Shown: positions 20,356 through 30,073 of the stretch, in pieces
Layout of the letters: the number at the start of each line of letters is the position of its first letter
Position numbering within the stretch: the first letter of the stretch is position 1
IMG/VR virus record: IMGVR_UViG_3300015263_000597
Span: 1 to 64,000 of that record
Source: a virus
Length of the DNA stretch: 64,000 nt
Strand: one strand, 5' to 3'
Position numbers and translations under genes: made by a program
The notes under the pieces: generated by a model
Told to the model about the DNA's origin: nothing
The model's database searches: none
Seen by the model: only the letters and a program-made list of their open reading frames with translations

Positions 20356-20583
20356 TTAAACTGAGGCAGTCATTAGCTGCACAGACGCACTGAGGAGAGA
20401 GTCTGCCTGAGCAATGCCTGCCTTCATCCACTCTCCAAACCGAGGGTGGCGCTTCTCAGATTCGGTGAAGATCGTCCAGTCAGGAACGGTGTTGTCTAGA
20501 CGGGCAAGAGCGAAGGCACGAATGGCCTTTTCTTCGAGGGCGGACTCTTCGTCGAGCATGTTGCTGGTGTAGATGGCGGTCAT
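20356..20583 (-). CDS. hypothetical protein
   Basis: MTAIYTSN.. with TAGGAG RBS; leader shares GACTAGGAGCAAGAC with the gene starting at 19528. Confidence 0.6.
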   Translation of the reverse strand: MTAIYTSNMLDEESALEEKAIRAFALARLDNTVPDWTIFTESEKRHPRFGEWMKAGIAQADSLLSASVQLMTASV

Positions 20584-20639
20584 GGTCTTGCTCCTAGTCG
20601 GTGTTGGTCTCTGGGGCGCGTCCCCCGTTCGATGAATAC

Positions 20640-20682
20640 AGTGTAGGACAGGGCTCTGCAAAAGTCAACCCTCTTTTGCAGA
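20640..20682 (-). promoter_or_regulatory. sigma70-type promoter with operator-like inverted repeat
   Basis: TTGACT-17 nt-TACACT; TCTGCAAAAG-N8-CTTTTGCAGA spans the -35 box. Confidence 0.7.
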
Positions 20683-21607
20683 AAAATTTCGTGGCCTAGC
20701 AGGTCCTCTCAGTAGTCTGGTTCTTAGGCACCCTCTATTGAGGACATCAGGGGCTTAAACTCGCTTATGCCCGCCTACCGCAGCGATAGAGGACAAAGGG
20801 ATCCAGAAGTCTTGTTAGCTACTGTTGACCTCTTGATGAACTGGTCGGCTAGTGCTGAGGGCAAGGAAGACCCGAGCTGCCCTGTACGCTTGTTGACATC
20901 GTCATGAACATACGCACTGCATTTACCAGCTGGCAGCAAAACGGGCATGTGCTAGTCACTTGCCTGCCTTTCTTCCACGACCTGCTTTCTCGAAAGCTTC
21001 TGCCAGTGTGCACAAAGTGATCTTCGGTCCAGTACGCCCTCTGTTCACTTCCGTGATCTCCTGCGCTGGATCATAAAAAGCATATGCGTGCTCTCGCCAC
21101 TGCTCGTCTGACAACTGCTCGTCTACTTCCCGGACTTCGATATCATCATCGTTCATATTCATACCTTTAGCTTCTTATAAAGAGCGTCTAACAAGTCCTG
21201 CCGTGTAGACGCATATAGTTCCACTGTGCCGCCTTGGGTGACGAGCACAGCAGTGTGTCTGTCGCCGTCTGCGCTAATACGCAGAGTAAAGCCTAGCTTA
21301 GCGGCACGATGCTTCAGCGTTGTTTCACGATCACTCATCGTATTCCTGCTTGTGTAGATGTGCCAAGTATGCGTTAGTTTCTTCTTCCCAAGTTTGTACC
21401 GAGTACACTACGTAGCCGAACCCTATTGCTACATAAGATCCCCTGTAGATACCCATGTAATTCATGTACATCTCGCGATCTTCTGCCGTGGCGAATCTGT
21501 ACTCACCTGCACAGTCGCGAGAATGGTCAACGCCTTCCCGCCAGCCCCAGTAGGTCATGCAGTACTTGCCATCTGACGTCAGTAAGTTCCGGCACTTGTC
21601 GCGTCTG

Positions 21608-21883
21608 TCAGTGCTCATCTGCACGGCCCCTAGAACAGTCCTCTTCAATAAGGTAAAAGCCAGTGCTAGATAGGTTAAAACGACCCCACAGACGTTCGAT
21701 GATCTGCATCTTACCGTACGCTATGGCCGCTTTGACCTTTCTGTCGTGTTCTAGACTTTCATCAATTTGCGCCCACCCGACACTGGATCGGTGGTTATTC
21801 CCGGTCATGGCGTAAAAGTCGTGCTGACTAGACGTATCGCAGTCTGCCAGGTACTCTGCTAGAGCGTGCTTACTAAATCGCAT
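21608..21883 (-). CDS. hypothetical protein
   Basis: AAAGGAGG RBS downstream of hammerhead 2. Confidence 0.6.
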   Translation of the reverse strand: MRFSKHALAEYLADCDTSSQHDFYAMTGNNHRSSVGWAQIDESLEHDRKVKAAIAYGKMQIIERLWGRFNLSSTGFYLIEEDCSRGRADEH

Positions 21884-21911
21884 GTCTGTCCTCCTTTACC
21901 GGGCGTTAGCT

Positions 21912-21968
21912 GGCATCATCAGACCCTAGGCGCAACCCTAGGGTGACGGGGGCGTACCCCGTTTCGCC
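21912..21968 (-). ncRNA. type II hammerhead ribozyme 2 (one extra U after CUGAUGA)
   Basis: minus strand GGC-GAAAC-GGGG-tacgc-CCCC-GTC-ACCCTAGG-gttgcg-CCTAGGGT-CTGATGA-t-GCC; stem I differs in sequence from copy 1 but keeps pairing. Confidence 0.8.
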
Positions 21969-22577
21969 TCAAGCTCGGATAATATGGCAGACTGCGGCTT
22001 CCATTTTCTGGATAGCCCTTGTGTAATCATGAACAAACGTGCCGTCCATGCCGCCCCAATTCGCCGTCTCGTCCGTTTGCTTGAACGTACAATCCTGATC
22101 AGCGACGTCAAAGAACCTCTCGGCCATCGCACAAGCCGTAACTAGCACTTTGTGGGAAAACCCGTGGAAGTATGCGTAGCATCCAAGGCTAGCCCAGCTT
22201 TCGGCTGTGTCTACACAGTGCCCGTCGAAAAGCTCGGCCTCAAACTGGCGAAATTCCTGCTCAGTGACCGGCTTGTACTCTGGACCACGGAACTTGATGG
22301 GGTGGAGCACAGGAGAGGCAGTGTGCTTTGCGACTGCGAGATCTACCATGCGGTCAACAGCGTTAGTCCGGCACTGCCTGTATACCTTGCGAAGGGTGGC
22401 GGTATCGGTACCCACCGTATGGAACGCCATGGCGAAGATGTAACCCACCGTGCTACGGGAAAGCTGGACGCTGTTGATGTTGTCGTCAGTGTCCTCAATC
22501 GCTTGCTCAGAGATGCCCAGCAGCTGGCCGACTTTGAAGATATCTTCCTTACCGCGAGTGGTGTGTGTGTCGCTCAT
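21969..22577 (-). CDS. hypothetical protein
   Basis: 202 aa ORF, AAGGAAAG RBS, first gene after P2. Confidence 0.65.
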   Translation of the reverse strand: MSDTHTTRGKEDIFKVGQLLGISEQAIEDTDDNINSVQLSRSTVGYIFAMAFHTVGTDTATLRKVYRQCRTNAVDRMVDLAVAKHTASPVLHPIKFRGPEYKPVTEQEFRQFEAELFDGHCVDTAESWASLGCYAYFHGFSHKVLVTACAMAERFFDVADQDCTFKQTDETANWGGMDGTFVHDYTRAIQKMEAAVCHIIRA

Positions 22578-22637
22578 GGGGTTACTTTCCTTCGGTCTGT
22601 GTCGTAGCGGTCCATTCCGCTGTATGCCAGACTATAT

Positions 22638-22788
22638 AGCAAGAGCTGTGCCAGATGTGCCAGGTAGCATAGAATCAACCCGAAGTGTTGAGTAGCCGGG
22701 CTTTTCTGGTACCTGACCACTGTGGCCCGTAGCATGTAAACATCCAACGTATTGGACAAATCCAATTCCTTGGATTCAAAGTTTTGGA
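22638..22788 (-). promoter_or_regulatory. sigma54 promoter P2 with triple upstream box array
   Basis: TGGCACAGCTCTTGCT (22653-22638), identical to P1; boxes TCCAAcgtaTTGGA, TCCAAttccTTGGA, TTCAAagttTTGGA. Confidence 0.82.
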
Positions 22789-23225
22789 TCTATCTTCGCC
22801 AGCGCGGCGGGGGAATAGTCTACGGTGTAGCGACCGGTAGGCTCCGTCTCTCCCTGGCGCCTAAGGTCCACTACGTCTTGGAGCGTCAGGGTCTTATGAC
22901 CAGCAGCACGTAACACAGCACACACGTGCTTTACAGCAGACCTCCTATCGATCCCGACAGCATAGACACTGTACCCCGTGCTGTACTTCTGAATGTACAC
23001 TGGACAAGTCATTCGAATCGGAGGTTTGATATACCTCAGTCTGTGAAGTTCCTGGCTTGCAGACTTACAAGCCATCCCCCATGCCCAGCGCTCTCCTTCC
23101 CAGTCGTCACGTCCGTCGTATCCGTAAGCGTCTACCATCTTGCCATCTACATACACAGCGTAGCATTCGTTACGGGCGGTACGCCGCACGTTCGTTATCT
23201 GTATCCGGTTTGTGCCGTAGTTCAT
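22776..23225 (-). CDS. hypothetical protein
   Basis: 149 aa ORF with AAGGA RBS. Confidence 0.55.
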   Translation of the reverse strand: MNYGTNRIQITNVRRTARNECYAVYVDGKMVDAYGYDGRDDWEGERWAWGMACKSASQELHRLRYIKPPIRMTCPVYIQKYSTGYSVYAVGIDRRSAVKHVCAVLRAAGHKTLTLQDVVDLRRQGETEPTGRYTVDYSPAALAKIDPKL

Positions 23226-23243
23226 AGCTTGTCCTTTTGTGCA

Positions 23244-23669
23244 CTAGACTTGGAACATCCCATAGTCTAGCTTCGTTATCTGTTCGTCTGTCCAACCGAA
23301 CGCCCCGTAGTGGGCAGGATTTTTCCAAAGCAGCAGACCTCGGTAAGCCACGTGCACCTCTGGTCGGCCTAACCATTTGGGCATTACCACCCTGCCAGGA
23401 AATACGTCTGTAAACGACTTGATCACACCCCGCTGTGAGTCCTTGTATCCCCGTGCTAGCCATTCGTCGCAGATTGCTATCCCGTAGAAAATCAGTGCCC
23501 CCTCGTATCCTTTCCAGGCCAGCGTAACGGGGTGATTCGCATAACCCTTAGTCTGACCAGCTAACGCACGGAGCATTTGCACTACTTCGAGACGTTGCTT
23601 GCCTAGTCGCTGCTGATCCAAGTGCTTCGCAGTGCGAGGGAAGGATGGGTAGGGTAGAAATGTTTGCAT
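23244..23669 (-). CDS. pyrimidine-dimer DNA glycosylase/endonuclease V-like protein (MSMEG_6728 family)
   Basis: MQTFLPY..LDQQRLGKQRLE..NHPVTLAWKGY..EWLARGYKD..PKWLG. Confidence 0.88.
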   Translation of the reverse strand: MQTFLPYPSFPRTAKHLDQQRLGKQRLEVVQMLRALAGQTKGYANHPVTLAWKGYEGALIFYGIAICDEWLARGYKDSQRGVIKSFTDVFPGRVVMPKWLGRPEVHVAYRGLLLWKNPAHYGAFGWTDEQITKLDYGMFQV

Positions 23670-23909
23670 CTCGCTTCACCGTCCGTTTTTCCAGAACTCG
23701 TGCATTAAGGTTAGTAAGTCGACATCACCCCACCCCACCCATACGGCAAACCCAGGCGACAATCTAGGGGGCCTTCCAGAGTGACAGTCAACAAACCCCG
23801 CAGTGATAAGGTGACAGGGGATATCACAAGCTTTCGCCATGCCATCGATTACGCGTCGAATGGCCCGACAATCATTACTGTCGAATGGCGCTTCTTCAGT
23901 TCGTAACAT

Positions 23910-24467
23910 CTACCTATCCCCTAGCAATTGTCCGACATCTGGTGTGTACACTGTGAACGTGTCTCGCTCGTTAACTGGTGACATCGAAGGCGGGGCATTG
24001 CTCAGTGTTTGCACTCCAGCACATTCTCCGTCTGCCGTATACTTGAACACAGCCCAGAAATACGCAGGCTCAACAGCCTCATCCCTAGAGACGTGAAGAA
24101 ACGGAGTAGGCTCCGCACTGTACACATACCCGTCTTCGAGTCCGTTAAGCTCTCTAGCAGCATCCAAAGCTCCTCGCCAGAAATCAAGGGCCTGATCTGG
24201 GATGCTGGCGTAGTCACGAATGAGACAGGCCCCCGACATGTCCTCAATCCACGTAGCCACTTCCTCACTCCAACGGTAGGAAAGAACACCAGGGCTAGAC
24301 CAGCAATTGCAGTGGCCAGCACGTGGGCAACATCCGATACCTACGCGGAAGGCCGCAGTACTGGAGGTAGCACTAGCAGCACGAGTTGACGCCGTGCGGG
24401 TGCTTTTCTTTGCACGAGTGAAATCGAAGGTGTTGTCAGAGCGAACGGGCACAGTGTAGTAGTTCAT
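23910..24467 (-). CDS. hypothetical protein
   Basis: 185 aa ORF in the leftward cluster. Confidence 0.5.
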   Translation of the reverse strand: MNYYTVPVRSDNTFDFTRAKKSTRTASTRAASATSSTAAFRVGIGCCPRAGHCNCWSSPGVLSYRWSEEVATWIEDMSGACLIRDYASIPDQALDFWRGALDAARELNGLEDGYVYSAEPTPFLHVSRDEAVEPAYFWAVFKYTADGECAGVQTLSNAPPSMSPVNERDTFTVYTPDVGQLLGDR

Positions 24468-24629
24468 GTCTGCTTTTCCAGTCAGTTAGTGCCGTTTCCG
24501 GCGTGTACCAGTCTCTATAGCAAACAGCGTGCCAGGTGGTAGTTACGTCTTGTTTACGCCTAATGGTCGTCTGTAGAGGACGGTATGGGCCGTATGACGC
24601 CCTGTTTACGCCCTGTCCATGACTACGGA

Positions 24630-24768
24630 TCCAAAATACTGAATCCAAGAATCTGGATTCTCCAAGATTCTGAATACTGCACATGCTACTGATGTCAGCT
24701 CACACCAGCGAGGATTCAACGTCTGCGGGCAGTTTGATGCTACTCGTCCATGTGGCACGCGTCTTGCT
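24630..24768 (+). promoter_or_regulatory. sigma54 promoter P3 with triple upstream box array
   Basis: TGGCACGCGTCTTGCT (24753-24768); boxes at 24630-24643, 24644-24657 and 24661-24674. Confidence 0.8.
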
Positions 24769-24820
24769 AAGTAGTATGGTGGACGCGACAAACAACCTTC
24801 AAAAGGAAAGTAGCCGACTC

Positions 24821-25036
24821 ATGACCACCACCGAACAGCAAACCGCCCGTCTCTGGTTTCTCAATAACGCCCGCGCCTACGTGGATGACTGTGGAGAGGT
24901 CGACATCACGACCCTGTGCGAAGACTGGGCGGATCAAGCACGCGTCCGTATGGGCCGCAACGGGCTTGACAATGACCACCCTGCGCATACCATCGCCATA
25001 CAGGCTTGCGAGGACTTGGGGCTGGACACGCCATGA
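24821..25036 (+). CDS. hypothetical protein
   Basis: MTTTEQQ.. with AAGGAAAG RBS; first gene after P3. Confidence 0.6.
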   Translation: MTTTEQQTARLWFLNNARAYVDDCGEVDITTLCEDWADQARVRMGRNGLDNDHPAHTIAIQACEDLGLDTP

Positions 25037-25495
25037 CCAGAATCACCAGAATGGCGCAAGGGCTTGGTACGAGCGGCAGACGGGACGGGAGCCGGGACAA
25101 TGACTACCCCTATTGCTAAAGAGCCTTGGATCTCTATCACGTACAGCGAAGAAGCTCAGGCTGACTTTGGGCGCCCATGGAGTACAGGCCGCCGTATGAA
25201 CGTGCACCACGCGTTCGCTATTGGCGCACTGACAGAGACGCCCGAAGGAACCGTGTTCGCCGAAGCGTACGAGAGCAACGTTAAACCTGAGTACTTTGGC
25301 AAGGAATACCCACTGAGCACTATGAAGCGAGTGTTGATTACTACAGGCCGGGATACAGAGCCCACCGATGCAACAGGACAGAAATCGATCTTAGACCTCG
25401 TTAAGGAGGGGACCCGATGAGCCAGAAACCCCCTACTCGTAAAGGCGCTGCTGGGCAGTTCAGCTCCTTGAATCCAAGTTCCTGAACTCTCCAAC

Positions 25496-25939
25496 ATGTA
25501 CCACGTGGAGATGTTGATGGCAATGCTAACAGAATCAACGTGGATACGGGAAAACGTTAACGCCCCTTTAGGTGCGTGCAAAGAATCAAGTCACGCATTT
25601 GTAGAGGCGTTCCCGGACTACGAGGTAAGGTGCGGGTTTTTCCACTCGACACTTTGGGGTGCTAGACAGCATTGGTGGTGTCGACACAAGATGACGGGAA
25701 AGATCGTTGATCCTACGGGTGAGCAGTTTCCAGACGGCGCCTTGTTTCCCTTGTCGGATGCCTACTATGAGGATCTCACGGACTTGTCAGAAGAGGAGCT
25801 ACACAGCAAGGTCCCTACAGGAGTGTGTGCAGAATGCGGGGGGCCTGTCTTTAACCTAGACACGTTTTGCACAGCTAAATGCGCCGAGTTGTGCATCGGG
25901 GAGCTGAACCAGAGGTTAGCGTGCGATTCGGATTCTTGA
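25496..25939 (+). CDS. phage protein with transglutaminase-like C/H/D motif and C-terminal Cys cluster
   Basis: GACKE..QHWWC..IVDPTGEQF; CAECG..FCTAKC. Confidence 0.55.
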   Translation: MYHVEMLMAMLTESTWIRENVNAPLGACKESSHAFVEAFPDYEVRCGFFHSTLWGARQHWWCRHKMTGKIVDPTGEQFPDGALFPLSDAYYEDLTDLSEEELHSKVPTGVCAECGGPVFNLDTFCTAKCAELCIGELNQRLACDSDS

Positions 25940-26064
25940 ATCCAAATTCCTGGATTCTCCAAGATTTTGAAGCTGTCTATGCTTCTCAATAGGCCCTGAA
26001 CCAACAAGGAATCAACGTATAGGGCCTATCCTAGGCTACTCCCACATCTGGCACGGACCTTGCT
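25927..26064 (+). promoter_or_regulatory. sigma54 promoter P4 with triple upstream box array
   Basis: TGGCACGGACCTTGCT (26049-26064); boxes at 25927-25940, 25941-25954 and 25958-25971; IHF-like AATCAAcgtaTAG in between. Confidence 0.8.
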
Positions 26065-26114
26065 ATGTAGACTGGTGTACGCGACAAACACCAACGCACA
26101 CAGGAAAGACTACC

Positions 26115-26732
26115 ATGACCATCGAAACCGCCAGCACCTACACCCTCGACGCCGCTAACCTCCTGCACGACGCTGCCGGACGCTTCGCCAGCCGCGCTAC
26201 CCGTCAGGACTGGGACGCTACCTTGGTTCAGGCCGCTCAAGCCCTCAATAGCTGGATCGTGGTCTGTGGCTGCAAGCTTGGGCTCGCTTGGGCGCAGATG
26301 GAAGCCTGCAAGACTTTGGCTCTCACCACGACGGTCCCTCTTCACACGACGCTGACCAACCCCGAGACAGGGGAGTCTGAGAGCGTTCCGGTCGGTGAGG
26401 TCTCCACCTTCGTCCCCTGGCTGCCCTCCTCCTGGGTTGGCGCGATCACCTGGGAATCGACTGACCTCTACCCCGAGATCGGCACCGTCACGGTCTACGG
26501 CAAGGCTGGTAATCAGATCTACCGGCGGGAAGGTCAGACACTGGCCACGCTCCTGTCCATCCTTCGCGCCGATGTCACCGCCAAGTCGACCAGCAAACGC
26601 AGCATCGGTGCCACGGTCCTCCACTACTTTGGTCGGAAGGCCCAACCGAAGAAGTCTAGCGCTGTCGCCGCTTACGACCCCTTCGTCCGCAACGTGGTCG
26701 TCAACGGTCAGATGCTGACTGCCAGCCTCTAG
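26115..26732 (+). CDS. hypothetical protein
   Basis: 205 aa, strongly GC3-biased codons, AGGAAAG RBS; first gene after P4. Confidence 0.7.
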   Translation: MTIETASTYTLDAANLLHDAAGRFASRATRQDWDATLVQAAQALNSWIVVCGCKLGLAWAQMEACKTLALTTTVPLHTTLTNPETGESESVPVGEVSTFVPWLPSSWVGAITWESTDLYPEIGTVTVYGKAGNQIYRREGQTLATLLSILRADVTAKSTSKRSIGATVLHYFGRKAQPKKSSAVAAYDPFVRNVVVNGQMLTASL

Positions 26733-27634
26733 GCTGGTAGAGCGCTCACGAGGATACAGCAATGAAGATCAAACGCATGTGGGAAGCAGTCTACGCCAAC
26801 GATCGTCGTAAGCACCGCCACCGCTGCCGTATCTGTGAGAAGATCTGCAAGGTTGGCGACCTCGTCATTATGTGGCGTTCGGGACGGTCGACCTACGCAG
26901 CACACACAGAATGTGTCGCCAGTCCCCATCCGGACTCAACAGAACAAGAGCCCTGGACATGGACAGACTCTATCCGTAGCTGGTCTCACACAACCTAGTG
27001 ACCATCGTCAAACCTACAAAGGAGAGAACCATGACGTCTGCATCTCCCAGCCGCTTCCTGCCTCTTGCCCCGCATAAGACCTCTGTATATCGTGACAGAG
27101 CTGCGGTCTTCGTCGTTGAATACCACAATGGAGAGAGCTTCGTATTTGGCATCTTTGACAAAGATGGAGTCGCCACGTACGACGACGGACGGAATGATGG
27201 TACCGTTATCGGCTACTCCGTGATGCCCTCGTTGGCTAGCGTTGTCAACGCACTGCAAAATGAGGGGGGATAAAGCAGAGCACGCACATACACCTCAAAA
27301 AGAAAGCATCCCAGTGCACCACCAACCCATAACACAGCGCCTCCACACTTTGAACACCCCAGTCCTATCCTTACCCGCTGTTGATTTCATCACGCGGACC
27401 GCCGCAACCTCACAGACCTCAACAGCGGGGATTTTCGCTGCCGGATTTCTTGCAGGGCGAGAATTTGGCCTGGTCACTCCGTATGAAGTTTCGATAATGT
27501 ACCCCTGTTTGGAACCTGGACAAGTCGACGTCTTCTGTAACGGTGCGAACGACGGAAACGAAGGAGACCTATTCCGGCTCAGATAGCAATTGCAGCTGCC
27601 AGCCTCTAATCCCGCACTGAACAGGAGATAGACC

Positions 27635-27910
27635 ATGACTCGCTTAGATACGATTGTCATAACAACTTGCGAGAGCCCGAAAGACTTCGTCCAGCAGTAC
27701 CACACCCACGTTGGAAACTCTTTCGACCTCCAAGCGATGATTCCGTCATACCAGGAGGACTTTGAACGGTTCGGTATCTGCTGGATGGACCCGCACGGTT
27801 CAAGACTTCGCCGCTTCATGGTGTGGTGTCCAAAGGGCCGAGACTTTGCGGAAAAGCTCATCCAGGACTCAATCGATAGATTTGGCTATCTTCTCCCTTT
27901 GGAAGGGTAA
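27635..27910 (+). CDS. hypothetical protein
   Basis: 91 aa ORF with AGGAG RBS. Confidence 0.55.
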   Translation: MTRLDTIVITTCESPKDFVQQYHTHVGNSFDLQAMIPSYQEDFERFGICWMDPHGSRLRRFMVWCPKGRDFAEKLIQDSIDRFGYLLPLEG

Positions 27911-28582
27911 AGAGGGGAATACCACTCATGCTGCGTAGACCAGGAGTTACCCGATGAACACACCCTTGTTTGAGGAAAGGGAGTCCCATGAATAAACAGA
28001 TGTGGTTACTAATAGCTAACCGAGTTGAACTTGCACATAGGGAAATTGCGGAGAACATGCACAAAGACCCCCGGGGGCTGGCTAACGAGGCCCATCTGTT
28101 GCTAATGACTGACATTGCTATTAGCTGCCGTGAGATACTTAAGGAGCTACGCAATGTAAATACCACTATCAACAGGAAGAGCGTGAATGAATACCCCTGA
28201 CACTCGTGCATACTTCTCGTATACAACGCCAGGTAACGGTGATACATTGCACATCGATGGACACCACGATCACTTTCATCTGGTATTGTCAGTTCACACG
28301 AACGATACGGAAGGGCTAGAGCCCGGCTTTGCTAACATTTGCTTTAACCTCAAGACTGTCATAGAGATCCATAAAGTACTTGGTGAGCACATCGCATGTG
28401 CTGCGCTGACGATGCAGGAGCTACAGACAGAATCGTAGGTCAGTCGCAGGCATTTTGTGTACTGACGAAGTAAGCAACCTGCGGCAAGCGCGCAATACTG
28501 CAAAGCAGTATTCATCTCAAGGCGATATGTGGTCTGCTGTGCTTTCTCTCCCTTGTAACAACGTCGTTAGTCACTACAGCCA

Positions 28583-28598
28583 TGGCAAGCTTGTTGCA
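28583..28598 (+). promoter_or_regulatory. sigma54 promoter P5
   Basis: TGGCAAGCTTGTTGCA (GG-N10-GC), intergenic, just upstream of the RBS of ORF 28622. Confidence 0.6.
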
Positions 28599-28919
28599 AC
28601 CCAACACACTAAGGAAAACCAATGACAGCCTATAGCACACAACACCATTCACCCGCTGGTACTCGTTTCGATTTCCACCTACCTGTCATCATCACCCCGG
28701 TAGCAGAGATCCCACTGGCCGCTACTTACCAACGCCGCGCGCGGCAAGAGCGGGTTAAGCGTGTCCGGCAAGGCATGCTAGATCAGCTGCACGAAAGCTG
28801 CGTTCACAGTCGCAGCGTGTACCTGATCAACAGCGGAGAGCAGGGACATCGCATATAGTCCTGCGAAATGCTCTAAACGGGCTTGCAGAGAGCACAGAGC
28901 AGCAAAAGCGAAAGATCCC

Positions 28920-28948
28920 TTGACATCCGCTGTTGACACACGTATACT
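28920..28948 (+). promoter_or_regulatory. sigma70-type promoter
   Basis: TTGACA-17 nt-TATACT upstream of a 59-aa ORF at 28973-29152. Confidence 0.7.
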
Positions 28949-30073
28949 ACAAATCGAACAAAGGAGCACAGTATGTACGAGACCCCCTACGGCATCTACA
29001 TCCATGGCTCATTGTGGCATAAGTTTCTAGTACCACACGACAGGCTTGAACATCCTGGCAAGGTCAACTCCCGTGCTGCACAGATAGCTGCTCGGATCGT
29101 AGGTGACCACGGGCCAAGCAAGTACAAAGTGTGCCGTATACCTCAAGCGTAGGCAAGCACAGCTGTCACAATACAAAGGAGGCATCATGCCACCGGGTTA
29201 GCGTAAGACCGTGCAAGCTTGATAGGAAGCTGACCGTACCTACGACAACGGTCCTAGCTTGACGGGTAGAAGGGTACATCTTAGCACCGAGATGGATTGC
29301 CCACAGTGTGAAATGGATATCATCCAATGGTGTAGTGCCTACGATCTGCTAGACATGTGGTTAACTAGCAGGGAGGATAACTGGGAGTCAGGTACTAATG
29401 GAACGTCCTGGCTAAGCTAGCAAGCGGCGGGAAGGCTAGCGTGTAATCTACATAAGGAGAGCACCATGTCTCGCACATATCGCCCTGGTAAACGGATCGT
29501 CACTGTCAAGTTCCCGTTGGCGCAAGCGTTACTGCCTGGTGATCGCCAGTTTACCGACTCGTTCCCTGTAGGATGGTTCCGTGGCACCACGGAAGAAAAA
29601 CGCGTATGGCGCAAGCAACGTAACGTGCGTTCTCGGCGCATGGCGAAGAAAGAAGCACAGTACGCTGAGTAGCTTGTAGCCTTAAGGAAGTAGCGCTCAA
29701 CACGAACCAAGATAGCGTTAAATGCCCTCAAACAGCTTACACACGTGTAGACTTTCCTAGCGGGTTGCTTCACTCGACAGACACACACACAAGGCTTTAC
29801 ACGTGTGAGGAGTCATTGCGCTGTATGTGTGTCATGAGCCGGCTGGCCCCCGAGATAGGGCCGTTTAGCGCGTTACATGCTTAGGAGATAGCGATGACAG
29901 AAAAAGAACTTTCGGCCGTTACCGAGTCTGAACTGAGCAGCGGAGACGTGCAGCTGTCGTTGCATCTCCGTGCGCATGGGATCAAAGTGCCAATAACTGT
30001 ACTTCTGTCATACTTGGAAAAGAACAACATACGGCATATAAAGTAACGAATACTTAGTAAAGGAGTAATCGCC

